Assembly: GCF_006345805.1 (NCBI RefSeq)
Contig: NC_042998.1
Span: 91,760,001-91,824,000, forward strand
DNA length: 64,000 bases
Direction of reading: 5' to 3'
Source: Octopus sinensis
Lineage: Eukaryota
Notes under the pieces: model-generated
Databases searched by the model: none
What the model saw: the letters and a program-made list of their open reading frames with translations, nothing else
What the model was told of the DNA's origin: nothing
Program-made: the position numbers and the translations under genes
Shown here: piece after piece, positions 26,424-39,908 of the stretch
Layout of the letters: each line of letters begins with the position of its first letter
How positions within the stretch are numbered: the stretch's first letter is position 1

Positions 26424-26726
26424 GCTGCCCACTACCTCCAGTTGATTTAAGAGCCACAAGAATTGGAGAAGATTTTGTTGAAATAAAATGGGATCCACCA
26501 AAGTCTGATGGTGGAAGTGCTATAGAATGCTATGTAGTCTATTTGTCTCAACATAGCCCTGATGATTGGAAACGTGTAGCTTTACTCAGTGCATATGATA
26601 CAAACTTATGCATTACTGATCTTCTGGAAGATATGAATTATTACTTTGGTGTATGTGCTGAAAACAAAATTGGAGTCAGTGAACCAGTTGAAACAAGTAA
26701 ACCAGTAACAACCATGAAAGGATTGC
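26424..26726 (+). CDS. FN3 exon 29 (B4)
   Basis: 303 nt, phase 1-1; CPLPPVDLR...TTMKGL. Confidence 0.9.
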
Positions 26727-27512
26727 GTAAGTAGTTTTCTTTCTATTTAAAAATTTTTGTGCCAGTTCAGAAATAAATATTATGTGTTATTTACAAAATA
26801 ACGAATAATTACTGAAATGTAATGAAGCAGATAAACAAATGAACTTGTTGATTCTTTTGTAGAAGATAATCTCAAAGAATATAATTTGCATTTGTATGTG
26901 CTACAAATAATAGAAGAATTATTATTACTCAGTGGATTATTATATCTTTAGGAAAACTGTGTAGATAAATGAGATAAAAGTTTTGCAAAACCTTTGATTA
27001 ATGCAGGTGAAAAATTAGAATATCTTGTGTGATATCAGTGAATGATAACAAAGTAAAAAGATCGTACATATTTTGAGAAAAGAAAGAAAATAAAGTTTGC
27101 ATAAATGTGTGTAAAGCAATAACATATTTTTGTGCCACAAACTGAGTCACTATACTGAAAACATTGGAAAGGCTATATCAATATGAGTTTAAAGCAGAAA
27201 AAATGGTTGTAGCAACTATCGTGACTATGTGACTGAACAATTATATGATGGGGATCAACAGTTGAATATTTATTGTGTAAGAGAAAGGCTTTGATTTAGT
27301 GATTCTATACTTGCACTTAATTTTCTACAAAAGTCATAATAATCTGCAATAATAGAAATCAAATTAGTTATGTTCATTGTATTATTTTACTGTTATATTG
27401 AGATAAATTTTCATTTCATAATTTTGATAAAAAATACTTCTGAATTACTTTTAACTTTGGACTAAACTATATTCATATTTCTTCAAAATTTTGTTTTTCT
27501 TACCTTCCTTAG

Positions 27513-27815
27513 TTGTACCTGCTCGTCCAACTAGTCTTGTTGTAACTGATGTTCAACGAGATTCTATTGCAATCAAATGGAAACCACCAAAAGATGATGG
27601 CGGATCTCCAATTCTTTGTTATATTGTTGAGAAACGTCCAACATCAAGCAAATTTTGGTCAAAGGTAACCAAAGTAGATGCTGATACAACAGAACTATAT
27701 GTTCGAAATCTCCAAGACCATACTGAGTACCATTTCAGAGTAATTGCTGAGAACAAAGTCGGACAGAGTGAACCTCTTGAAACACAAGATTCCACTATGG
27801 CTAAAAGTCCATTCA
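27513..27815 (+). CDS. FN3 exon 30 (C4)
   Basis: 303 nt, phase 1-1; VPARPTSLV...AKSPF. Confidence 0.92.
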
Positions 27816-28035
27816 GTGAGTATGCTTCTACATCTACTGACATACTTCCCATTTTCCAATAACTGATGGTCCAGACATAATTATGAGAGGCCACTGAAAT
27901 TTCCTATGATTATATTAATTAATAACATACCTTTTTTTTTGTTTTATAATTTCATGTCTAACATTTTGTTTTTCAATACGAAACTCACCAAATTATTACA
28001 TACATGAAATAATCATATTCTCTTATGCTTTCTAG

Positions 28036-28341
28036 ATGTGCCATCTCGTCCAACTGGACCATTGGAAATTAAAGATGTCACCCACAACTCAGTTGACATG
28101 GCCTGGAAACCACCACAGAAAGATGGTGGCAAGCCTGTTACAAGTTATATCATTGAATACAGAGTACTTTCTAGAACTTTCTGGTCTAAAGCTGGTACAG
28201 TAGATGGAAAGACAACTACATTTACTGCAAACAACTTGATGGAAGATACAGATTACATGTTTAGAGTAACAGCTGTCAATGATGAAGGTCAGAGTCCACC
28301 TTTGGAATCTGATGAATCAACAAAGCCTATCAAGAAAATTA
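28036..28341 (+). CDS. FN3 exon 31 (D4)
   Basis: 306 nt, phase 1-1; VPSRPTGPL...KPIKKI. Confidence 0.92.
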
Positions 28342-28467
28342 GTAAGTTTGCAAAAAAATTAAAATTTCTTTTTATCATTCAATTTCTTTATTTTACTTTT
28401 CTTTTCTTTCTGCATGACTTTACTACAACTACATAGACTAAATAATTACTAATAAATTGTCTTGCAG

Positions 28468-28770
28468 ATCTTCCTGGTCAACCTATTTATTTCCGTGCTA
28501 CGAAAATTGGTGCTGACTTTGCTGTTATGGAATGGAAGCCACCAATTGATGATGGAGGTTCTAGAGTTACTGGTTATGTAATACTGAAGCGAGAATCGTT
28601 GGATGATGAGCGCACAAAAATGACATCAGTCACTTCTCATGAATTATCTTGCACATTGAAAAATCTCAGACAAAATGTTAATTACTACTTCTCTATATGT
28701 GCTGAGAATAAAGTTGGTCTTAGCAAACCAGCTGATGCAGATCATGCTGTATGCCCAATGAGACAGCCAC
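28468..28770 (+). CDS. FN3 exon 32 (E4)
   Basis: 303 nt, phase 1-1; LPGQPIYFR...CPMRQP. Confidence 0.92.
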
Positions 28771-29309
28771 GTAAGTGATTTATATACTATATATCTCATC
28801 ATCATCATTGTAATCATTATCATGACATTTGTTTTTAAGTCTGTTTTTTTAAGTCCATACTGGCTTTCGTAAATGGGACTTCTTGAGATAGTTTTCTATG
28901 ACAGTACACTCTTCCAGACACCTGTCTTTATTTTTTTAAAGTAAGGTATTTTAATTCATGTCAAACTATCAAACCTTAAACAATGTCTTAGTAGTGTACT
29001 CAAGCAATGTCAATGCAAAATCACATGGAATCCAACATACATACATACATGCACATGTAAATCAGGCCTTTGTATTGTTTTAGTTTACCAAATTTCACTC
29101 ATAAGGCATTGGTAATCCCAAAACTAGTGAAGAAAACACTTGCCCAAGATGTCATTAAGTGGTATTGAACCTGAAACCATGTGGTTTCAATGTGAATATC
29201 TGTGACTATATATTTAATTATTCAGTCATTTTGTTAAATATTTTTTAAATAAATAATCACATAATATTTTATTACCATAATAAATTTGTTTTAATATTTA
29301 ATTCTCTAG

Positions 29310-29615
29310 AAAAACCATCAAGTCCAAGAGGACCTATCAAAGTAACTGATATCATGAAAACTTCAATGAATATTTCATGGAAACATCCAGAAGATGATGG
29401 AGGATCTCCTCTGACAGGTTATCTCATCGAACAAAAAGAAAGTAAGCGTCAGTACTGGAATAAGGTTCAGCAAGTGCCTGCCACTGTTACATCCTTTAAT
29501 ATCCAGAATTTAAGAGCAAACACTGAATATGATTATAGAATTTCTGCTGTAAATAAAATAGGCTACAGTGAACCACTGATTTCAGATGCATCAACAATGG
29601 CCAAGAGTCCATTCA
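29310..29615 (+). CDS. FN3 exon 33 (F4)
   Basis: 306 nt, phase 1-1; KPSSPRGPI...AKSPF. Confidence 0.92.
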
Positions 29616-30293
29616 GTGAGTATATTAAAACTCTTACATTAATTTTATATGATTATTATTTTGCTATTAAACTTATCTTGTGCAAATATAAACTGAAATT
29701 TATATCAGCTGCATTATATTAATTAATTAGTTGCCAAATTACCCTAAAATTCATTACTTATTGTTTAGGAAGACACCACTAGAAAGTGTTTTTGTTACCC
29801 TATATATTTCTGTAAGAATTTAAAAACTTTCAGGGATAATAAATTTTTATGAATATATATTCCTTTTTTAGAAATATTTTGTATATCTGGATATGTTTTT
29901 CCATCTAGAAATAGCTTAAGTGAGTCTGATTATATTTTATGGTTGACTGTTCATCATAATGTTAGAAATTTACTTCTAAAATTGAAATGCTTGCAATTTC
30001 TCAGCTAGATAAAGATAATTATTAAATTAAGAGTCTCTTGACCAAGTCCATCAATTGAGTCTAAAGGAACTCAGCATTTACTTTTATTTCCATGTTAACT
30101 ATAAACCTATTGAGCATGAAGTTATAATTACATTTTATCTTTAAATATTTTGATGAGACTCTAAATTATCATAATTTTGGATGTTTTAGTATTGAACAGA
30201 AGACTCCATGAAATAAAATAGATTCATATACAGTTTTAGTTGAACTATTATAAAGATTTTCTTATTATTGATTTTTTAAATTTTTACTTACAG

Positions 30294-30599
30294 GTCCTCC
30301 AGGACGTCCTAAGGGTCCCCTTGAAGTCATTAAAATATCTTATGACTATGTTGATCTTGAATGGAAAGCACCTGATTCTGATGGTGGCAGTCCAATTACC
30401 AAGTATATTATTGAATACAAATCTGCAACTCGACCTAGTTGGCTAAATGCTGCAGAAGTTGAAGCTAATGTTAATGTTTATAGAGTTCTTGGATTAGCTG
30501 AAGGAACTGAATATTACTTCCGTGTCATTGCTGTCAATGAAGAAGGACAGAGTCCACCTTTAGACACAACTGAAGCAACAATACCTTCTCGAGAAATAC
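30294..30599 (+). CDS. FN3 exon 34 (G4; correct frame absent from the ORF track)
   Basis: Translated by hand, open, 306 nt; PPGRPKGPL...IPSREI. Confidence 0.9.
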
Positions 30600-31068
30600 G
30601 TAAGTATAGTTTAAAGATTGAAAATTCTTTCTTGTCTGTCTTTATTTGTTGACTGTTAACTAAAATTGTTCAAAAATAGAATACCATATTCACTGTATTT
30701 GCTTATGAGTCATACCCCTAATTTAGTAATAAATCTTGGTAGAAAAATTTTCCCTTACACTTATAACTTTGCTCTATGCATAGATTGCACCCTAGTTTTT
30801 TTCAGTTAAAATCAAATATAAAATAGTGTGATTTATATATGAGTAAATATGATATATTCCTAAATTTATGATGTATGCCTACATCATAAAATATATAATT
30901 GAAATATTACCTGAAAATTCATGAACAATTAATTGCTAATATAATAAAATTATGATGTAATTGTTTCTGAAATTAAATTGAATGCAAAATGGTTTATAGA
31001 AAGTTCTTAATATTTATATTTTTATTGAATTACAAATAAATAAAAACTATTTTCATTTTACCTCATAG

Positions 31069-31371
31069 ATGTACCTGGATCACCAGTTAATGTAAGAGCT
31101 AGCCAAATTGGTGAAAATTATGTTTGCCTTGAATGGAGACCACCAAAGAGTGATGGTGGTTCTAAGGTTTTGAAATATACTGTTAAAAAGCGAAAAGACA
31201 AGAAGGATGAATGGGAACGCCTAATGGTTGTTGAAGGTTTAGATACATCATTCAAAGTAACTAATCTGGAAAAGAATGTTGGTTATTACTTCTCTGTCTC
31301 AGCTGAAAATAAAGCTGGTATGGGAAAACCATGTGAAACTGTTGGTTCTGTTATCACTCAACGAGAAGCAA
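31069..31371 (+). CDS. FN3 exon 35 (H4)
   Basis: 303 nt, phase 1-1; VPGSPVNVR...ITQREA. Confidence 0.92.
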
Positions 31372-31449
31372 GTAAGTATTTTATTGAGAATTGAATCCTT
31401 CATTGATTAACTTAAGTCAGCTTTTTAAATATAGTAGCATTAAAACCAT

Positions 31450-31501
<52 letters not shown>

Positions 31502-32027
31502 TAATAAACAGATTGCCTTAGCTCCTCATGTTGCATAAAGTTTCATGGAAGTGAAAAAAAACATAAGCTCCTAAGACATATGAAGACAAAGCAAAGATAT
31601 ATATATGTCAGATTTTGGTTTAGAACTAAATCTCAATGTTTGTAATGAGATTTAGGTTAGATTGGAGTCTATGGATGTTAGAGAATTAGAAGGAAGGGTA
31701 TTCAGCAGGATTATTTATTTTCTTTACTGTTTTTAGCATTTAGAGAAGTGTAGAGGATGTAGTTATGTAGTCAGATCATGATAACTTTCCATCAGAAGCT
31801 TTGTCTACATTCTTAAATTTGCTAAATTCATTCATGGCTCAGAGGCAATGTTCAGCCAAAAAGTGTGATGTATTGATCACTCTAAAAGCAATAGGGGAGC
31901 AGGCTTCTACACTCACTGAAGAAATAAAATAATCATTTTTTATATCCATAAAATAACATCATTGCAATAATAATTATGATAACTTTATTATTGTCTTGTT
32001 TTAAAATAGACTACTCTTATATTTCAG

Positions 32028-32333
32028 CTGTTCCTTCAATGCCTACTGGACCCATTGAAATTGTTGACGTACAGCGTACTTCAATCAGCCTAAGATGGAA
32101 ACCACCTCAGGATGATGGTGGTTCTCCAGTCATGTTCTACCAAGTTGAAAAGAAAACTCCTAAATCATTAATTTGGTCGAGAGTTGAAAAAGTTGAAGCA
32201 AGTACATTAGAAGTGTGCTGCACTAATCTATATGAGAAAAATGAATATCTATTCAGAGTCATTGCTGAAAATATGCTTGGACAGAGTCAACCATTAGAAA
32301 CTGAAGCAGCTACTACAGCAAAGAGCCCATTCA
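32028..32333 (+). CDS. FN3 exon 36 (I4)
   Basis: 306 nt, phase 1-1; VPSMPTGPI...AKSPF. Confidence 0.92.
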
Positions 32334-32719
32334 GTGAGTATTATTGTCAGAATTCTTTATAAAGGTTTTTGTAATTTTCTCTTTATTTCAATTTTTAATT
32401 AATTTAATCATAAATAAAAGTGTGATAAAATATCAAGTTAGAAACTACACTTATTTATTAACCCTTTTTTTGTTACCATATTTCTAATTGAAATACATTG
32501 ACTTTTGTTGCAATTTAATTTGAAAATAGTTATGAATCTGATGTCTGGAAGATAAATTAACATGAAATTTTAAAGGAAGGTTTTATTTTAGATCACTTTA
32601 AAGCCAAATGTTTCTATCATAGAACACAGGTGGGCTGATATTAAAAGAGATGATTAAAAATATTCTCACTGAATCTATTTGAAATATTAACACTGTATTT
32701 ATATTTAATTTCTTTTTAG

Positions 32720-33025
32720 ATGTTCCATCTGTTCCTGAGGGTCCATTGATTATAAGCAACATTACTAAAGATTCAGCTGAATTAGAGTGGAAGCCACCTC
32801 TCAGTGATGGTGGATGTGAACTCATAGAATATATTGTTGAATACAGGACTGCTACAAGAACAACATGGTCAACTGCTGGCAAGGTGCCACCTAAAACAAC
32901 TTCATTCAAAGCCACAGATTTGATTGAATCACTGGAATATTTCTTCCGTGTGGTTGCTGTCAATGGTGAAGGACGAAGTTTGCCTCTTGTTTCAACTGAT
33001 GTTGTCAAACCAATGAGGGAACTAA
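32720..33025 (+). CDS. FN3 exon 37 (A5)
   Basis: 306 nt, phase 1-1; VPSVPEGPL...KPMREL. Confidence 0.92.
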
Positions 33026-33343
33026 GTAAATACCCTTTTATCATTCTTATTTATTTTCCAAGCAACTACTATATAATACCACATATGAAAATTACCTTAA
33101 AGAGAACAAGTATAGAAAATTATCAGAATTTCACAGAATCCTCTAATAGACACACCTAAAGTAAAATGTTTTTTAAATTAGATGACACTAATTTTTATGA
33201 AAAGATTTATATACCATTATCATTGGCAGCAGCAGCATTTGAGTCATATCTACTTTTTCTATGTCGGTATGGGTTGGAGAGCAATACAGTGTACAATATA
33301 GCAACAATTAAACTGACCCTTAAATATATCCCTTTAAAATCAT

Positions 33344-33590
33344 CATCATTATCATCATCGTTTAACGTCTGTTTTCCATACTAGCATGGGTTGGACGGTT
33401 TGGCCGGGATCTGGGAAGCCAGGAGGCTGCACCAGGCTCCAGTCTGATCTAGCAGTGTTTCTAAAGCTGGATGCCCTTCCTAACGCCAACCACTCAGTGA
33501 GTGTAGTGGGTGCTTTTTACATGCCACCGGCACAGGGGCCAGAGGAGGCTGGCAACATCCACGATCAGTTGGTGCTTTTTACGTGCCACC
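33344..33590 (-). mobile_element. SINE/LINE 3' tail, reverse
   Basis: catcatcg tttaacgtctgttttccatactagcatgggttggacgg. Confidence 0.7.
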
Positions 33591-34358
33591 GAGAAAAAAT
33601 TATGGCTGAAAACACTTGAACAATATACTTGTTGTGCGTGCGTGTGTGTATCATCATTTTAACTTCAACGTTTGTTTTCCATGCTGACATCCACCAGGTT
33701 CCAGTCTGATTTGGCTTGGTTTCTATGGCTCAATGCTCTTCTTAATGCCAACCACTTTACAGTGTATGCTGAGTGTTTGCCAGAGAAATATCATCATCAG
33801 CATTATCATCTTACCTCTGTTTATTTTTGCTATGCTGGGAGAGGCTGGATTTCAACAAATTGATATTTAGTCATTTTCATATTAATGTTCAGTTTATTTA
33901 AAATATCATTGAAAAGTTTCTGAAAGGTGCCTTCTAGGTGAAAAATATAGAGTTAAGTCTTGTCTTATATACTTAATATTGCAAGTCAGAAGAAATGATA
34001 ATCAGTTGAAGCAATACCTGTAATTACGCACTCATTAAGTCATTCTGTGGCTTGTATTAGATTATGATTTGCTAAGGAGGTATATGACTGAAACATGTCT
34101 AGAATCATCATCATGTTTACCAAATATCAGACTTTGTCTGCACTGCATATCATCTTTTAATTTTTAGTTCATTTAAATTTCAGAGTTCCCTCCTTTGTCT
34201 TTTCAAAAAAACTTTTCATTGACATGCATGACTTTTCCTATTAAGGCTATAAATTTGATCAACTAAAAAGTATCCTTCAAGCCAAAAATCCTCTTTCTTA
34301 AACATTTTTATTTGATGTATGACAAATATTCATTACATTTCTTTTCCCTTTTTAATAG

Positions 34359-34661
34359 CTCCTCCAGATAAGCCTACCAATTTCAGAGCATCAAGAGTTG
34401 GGGAAAACTTTGTTGAATTGGAATGGTCTGCACCAGCAGTTGATGGTGGAACACCTATTACAGGATATGTTGTGCAAATGTCACCACAGAAACCAGGCAA
34501 CTGGACCACAGTCACCTCACTTGACTCTTATGATACAAGCTGCCGTATAACAAAACTTGATGAAAACATGGACTATTACTTTAATATTTGTGCCTTGAAT
34601 AAGATTGGTGCTAGTAACAAAGCTGACACCGAAATCTCTGTGACAACAAAGAAAGGACTCC
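34359..34661 (+). CDS. FN3 exon 38 (B5)
   Basis: 303 nt, donor C|gttagt; PPDKPTNFR...TTKKGL. Confidence 0.9.
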
Positions 34662-34969
34662 GTTAGTATTATATTCTCAGTTCTAATATTTCCTTTAATG
34701 TCTCAAAAATACATTTGTTGAAATTTTAATTTTTGCTTATTTCAAAAATTTCATTTCAAAAATTGGTTTCATAGTAATTTCATATAAATTGAAAATTAAA
34801 TCATGATAATTAAAAAGTATTCATTTTGATAAAAAAAATAATTGATTTTTATCCTGTATTTCTTTATATTTCCATATAAGTTTTGTCTGTCAATCATAAA
34901 ATGTTTGAATTAAAGATGAGTTCATTGTTAAAATTGTTGCTCAATGCTATCTATAATTTTGTTATACAG

Positions 34970-35275
34970 TTGTACCATCAAAACCAACTGGTCCTCTTCT
35001 TGTTACCAATATTCAACAAGATTCAGTCTGCATCAAGTGGAAACCATCTAGTGATGATGGTGGCTCTCCTATAACAGGTTACGTTATTGAAAAACGAGCT
35101 TCTTCCAACAAATACTGGTCTAAAGTTGAAAAAGTGAAAGAAGGAACGAATGAGTATCAAATAAAAAATCTCCATGAGAAAACAGAATATTACTTTAGAG
35201 TTTATGCTGAAAACAAAATAGGAAGCAGTGAACCTTTGGACACTAAAGAAGCAACTCTTGTTAAGAGTCCATTTG
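34970..35275 (+). CDS. FN3 exon 39 (C5; correct frame absent from the ORF track)
   Basis: Translated by hand, open, 306 nt; VPSKPTGPL...VKSPF. Confidence 0.9.
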
Positions 35276-35469
35276 GTAAGTATGAAAATCTAAAATATTA
35301 GATTAACTGAAAGCTTTTTGTAGTCCCATGCAGTTGCAAGCTGAGCCATTTGCTGAAATCTAAATTATTTTATTGTTACTTTTTTTAATAAATCAAATAC
35401 AAGTGACTCCTGATTTACAAAAGCATTGCATTCTTGAAAATATTGCCATGATGTAGAATTCCATAGCAT

Positions 35470-35950
35470 CATAATCATTATCTATTTCTTTATTGCCCAC
35501 AGGGGGCTAAACATAGAGGAGACGAACAAAGACAGACAAAGGAATTAAGTCGATTATATCGACCCCAGTGTGTAACTGGTACTTATTTAATTGACCCCAG
35601 TAGGATGAAAGGCAAAGTTGACCTTAGCAGAATTTGAACTCAGAATGTAACAGCAGACGAAATATCACTAAGCATTTTGCCCAGCATGCTAACGATTCTG
35701 CCAGCATCATACCATTATCATCATCATCATCATCATTGTTTAACATCTGTTTTTCATGCTGGCATGGGTTGGGCATCTTGACAGAAGCTGGCTAGCTGGA
35801 AGGCTGCACCAGGCTCCAGTCATCATGTTTTGGTATGGTTTCTATATCTGGATGGACCTCCTGACACCAACCACTTTACAGAGTATACTAGGTGCTTTGT
35901 AGATGGTGCTGGCACAAGTGCTTTTAATATGGCATCAGCACAGACATGAA
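35470..35950 (-). mobile_element. Adjacent SINE family 2 and SINE/LINE tail, both reverse
   Basis: ...ggcaaagttgaccttagcagaatttgaactc...gctaacgattctgccagc, then catcatcattgtttaacatctgttttcatgctggcatgggttgg. Confidence 0.65.
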
Positions 35951-36413
35951 ACCTATTTTCCCATGCTGTACAATATGGAAACCAGCGAGAAAATGGATTA
36001 CATGTTAGAAAATTATATGTTGCACCAAAATTTCAGGAATGCAATGCTTTCATAACAAAAGGAATACTTGTACTATTTGATTTCTGATAATATTTCAGTT
36101 CACTTTTGTTTTATTGATTTAATTTTTTATGACTTTTCAGTTCATAAAGTTAATAAAGTTACTCTATTATTTGGTTGTGTATGTGTGTGTGTATGTATAT
36201 ATATGTATGCTTATAAATATGTATATATGTGTGTGTGTTAATACCAATATATTTACTTTGAATAAATGGAATCCACTTGTAAACATTAACCAAGAATAAA
36301 GTTTAATATATTTATTTATTAATAAAATAATTATTTTCTAAGCATTTAATTTCCAAATTCACGCAAATTTTAAAAATTCATTTTCTCATTCTGATATTTG
36401 TTTTCATTTTCAG

Positions 36414-36719
36414 ATGTCCCATCTCGACCAGTTGGACCATTAACAACACAAAATGTCACATACAAATCAATTGATCTTTCATGGAAGCCATCTGAAAAAG
36501 ATGGAGGAAAACCTATCACATCTTATCTTATTGAATACAAAGCTTCAACTCGTTCTTCCTGGTCGAAAGCTGGTTCAGTCGATTCCAAATCCACTTCTTT
36601 CACTGTTCATGACCTAAATGAAGATACTGAATATTTCTTCAGAGTCACTGCTCTCAATTCTGAAGGGAAAAGTCAACCACTGGAAACACTTGATACAACA
36701 AAAACTACTAAAAATATCT
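36414..36719 (+). CDS. FN3 exon 40 (D5)
   Basis: 306 nt, phase 1-1; VPSRPVGPL...KTTKNI. Confidence 0.92.
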
Positions 36720-36770
36720 GTAAGTTTTTAATTAGATTCTATCAAATAATTCATCTAAATAAAATTATCA

Positions 36771-37205
36771 TAGGCATAGGAGTGGCTGTGTGGTGAGTAG
36801 CTTGTTTACGAACAACATAGTTCCGGGTTCAGTCCCACTGCGTGGCACTTTGGGCAAGTGTCTTCTACTATAGCCTCAGGCTAACCAAAGTCTTGTAAGT
36901 GGATTTGGTAGACGGAAACTGATAGAAGCATGTCGTATATATGTATATATATATATGTATGTATGTGTGTGTGTGTATTTTTGTGTGTCTGTGTTTGTCA
37001 CCCCCCCCCCAACATTGCTTGACAACCGATGCTGGTGTGTTTACGTCCCCGTAACTTAGCATTAGGAAAGGCATCCAGCTGTAGAAACCTTGCCAGATCA
37101 GATCGGAGCCTAGTGCAGCCTCCTAGCTTGCCAGTCCTAAGTCAAACCGTCCAACCCATGGCAGTATGGAAAGCAGATGTTAAATAATGATGATGATCAT
37201 CATCA
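36771..37205 (+). mobile_element. SINE family 1 truncated and joined to a SINE/LINE tail
   Basis: Head ggagtggctgtgtggtgagtagc, body to gtaacttagc, then attaggaaaggcatccagctg...atgatgatg. Confidence 0.7.
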
Positions 37206-37318
37206 TCATTTAGTAATCTAGCTTCCATACTGACATGGCTTGGATAGTTTAACAAGAATGATAAGCTCTGACAAGTCAAAGGGCTATAATTGTGTGTGTG
37301 TGTGCATATGTATGTGTT

Positions 37319-37372
<54 letters not shown>

Positions 37373-37524
37373 TACATGTATGAATATATGTGCTTGTATA
37401 AATATATGTATATATTTGTGGGCATTTGGAGCAAGAGAAAGAAAGAAGTAGATAAAGAGTTTATTAGGCATAAATAAATGTATATTTTTCATGTTAATTC
37501 ACTATTACTTCTTTTCAATTTCAG

Positions 37525-37827
37525 ATATCCCAGACTCTCCTATTCACTTAAGAGCTACCAAAATAGGACCAGATTTTGCAGTTTTAGAATGGAGACCACC
37601 TATTTCAGATGGTGGATCTAAGATTACCGACTATGTAATTTATAAACGTTTTGATATTTATGAAGACCGAGAGAAAATAACTTCAGTCAGTGCATATGAA
37701 CATACATACACTGTAAAAGCTTTGCGAGAAAATGTTAATTACTACTTCTCTGTCTGTGCTGAAAATTCAGTAGGCTTAAGCAAGCCATGTGATGCTGATC
37801 ATGCAGTTACACCAAAACGACCTTTAG
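37525..37827 (+). CDS. FN3 exon 41 (E5)
   Basis: 303 nt, phase 1-1; IPDSPIHLR...TPKRPL. Confidence 0.92.
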
Positions 37828-38070
37828 GTATGTTTTTTCTTATTTAATTTCAAGAACATAATTAAAATTGAATATATTAAGTAGTTCATAATTTTATAAG
37901 CTTAAAATTCATTAAAGTATGTTTTTCATGTAGATATATGTTTTTAAGCAAAACAATATCAGAAATGTAGTATAGTACAAAATAGTTTTTCCATCTTTCT
38001 GTTCTTGTTTATATATTTTATTAACTATGTATTAATATTTATGGTTTCTTTCTCATATTTATTTATTCAG

Positions 38071-38376
38071 CTATTCCATCCGTACCAAGAGGTCCTATCA
38101 AAGTATTTGATGTCCTCAAAAACTCTGCCAGTATCAGCTGGAATGCTCCTGAAGATGATGGTGGCTCACCTCTCACAGGTTATATACTTGAAAAGAAAGA
38201 GTCTATTCGATCATTCTGGAGTCAAATTGATCGTGTACATGCAAATATAACATCTTATAATATTAAAGACTTGACTGAAGACACTGAATATGATTTCCGA
38301 GTAACTGCTGTCAATAGAGTTGGTAACAGTGATCCTCTTGTTACTGATTTAACAACAAAGATCAAAAGTCCATTTG
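38071..38376 (+). CDS. FN3 exon 42 (F5)
   Basis: Translated by hand, 306 nt; IPSVPRGPI...IKSPF. Confidence 0.9.
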
Positions 38377-38490
38377 GTAGGTTTTCACTACTTGAAACAT
38401 TCTATAATATTCAGTTTTGTACATTTATTTCTAACAATTTTCTCATTATTTTTTTATAATTTTTAAAAATAATTTTTCTTGATATTTTAG

Positions 38491-38796
38491 GTAAACCAAC
38501 ATCTCCACTGGGACCAGTGGTATATGATAATGTATCAGATAGGTTCTGTGATGTTGTTTGGAATCCACCAAGATCAGATGGAGGGTCTCCATTGCTTGGC
38601 TATATCATTGAAATGAGAGCTAGAGCCCGACCTATATGGGTCAAAGTTGGTGAAACTGATGGTAAAACAACCAAATTAACTGTTTTTGACCTTAGAGATG
38701 ACACCGAATATTATTTCAGAATTTCTGCATTTAATGAAGAAGGAGTAAGTCAGCCTTTAGAGTCAGCAGAACCTGTACAACCTCAGAAAAATATAG
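38491..38796 (+). CDS. FN3 exon 43 (6-mer class a1; G-like)
   Basis: 306 nt, phase 1-1; KPTSPLGPV...QPQKNI. Confidence 0.9.
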
Positions 38797-38986
38797 GTAT
38801 ATATTCATTTCTACTCTTAATTTTGAAAATAAATTATTATAATTAAAAATTAGCTTATTTTTAAAATGTTACTTTATTGTTTCAATAAAAGAAATATATA
38901 TTTTTAATATTCTGGTTTATTATTTCATAAATAACGATTTAAGTCTTTTTGTTACTTTATTATTTTTATTTTGTTTAATTTAATAG

Positions 38987-39289
38987 TTGTACCTGGAAGT
39001 CCTGTTGACTTAAGAACAACAAGAGTGGGATTAGATTATGTTGTTATGGACTGGAAACCACCAAAAGAGGATGGAAGATCCAAAATTACAAATTATATTA
39101 TAGAAATGCGTGAAGAAGGATCTACTAAATGGAACAAGATTGCAACAACCAAACTTGGTGAAGAATATTACAAAGCTGATTTCTTAAAAACTGGTGTTCC
39201 TTACTTTTTCGCTGTCTCAGCCCAGAATAAAGTTGGTACCGGAGAGCATGCAGAAACTACATCTGCTATTGTACCTCAAAAGGAAGCTG
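38987..39289 (+). CDS. FN3 exon 44 (b1; H-like)
   Basis: 303 nt, phase 1-1; VPGSPVDLR...VPQKEA. Confidence 0.9.
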
Positions 39290-39605
39290 GTATGTAATAT
39301 TCAATTGTTCAGTTACTTCCTTTGTATTATTATTATTATATAATCCTAATATAAATACAAATATTAAAAGAAGTGAAGATTGAATTTTATTAAAACTTTT
39401 TCCAGGAAATTTATTCAGATTTGTACTTATTGCAAATTGCTTAAAATTTTGTTATTTTTTTCTTAGAAGCAATTTAATATTAATTAGTGAAATTATTTTG
39501 AATGCCATGAGCCAATAGAAATAAATCAAATCAACAGATGTTGTTGTCAGTTATTGCAGTGAATCTGTATAATTGGAACTTGATTAAATAATTTATCTTT
39601 TTCAG

Positions 39606-39908
39606 AAAAACCATCCCCACCAATTGGACCAGTTGTTTTCAGTGATATTCAAAGAACATATTTGGCTCTTTCATGGAAACCCAGTGAACACGATGGTGGT
39701 TCTCCTATTATTTCATATATCATAGATAAAAGGGAAAGCTGGAAATCCTCTTGGACTACAATTGCTAAAGTACCATCAACTACCACAAGTTATTGTGCAC
39801 AATCATTGAAGGAAAATCAAGAATATTTCTTCAGAATCTCTACAGTAAATTCTGTTGGAAAATCTGATCCTTTGATATCAGATGCTGTTATTCCAAAGAG
39901 TCCATTCA
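39606..39908 (+). CDS. FN3 exon 45 (c1)
   Basis: 303 nt; KPSPPIGPV...RESWKSSW...PKSPF. Confidence 0.9.
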
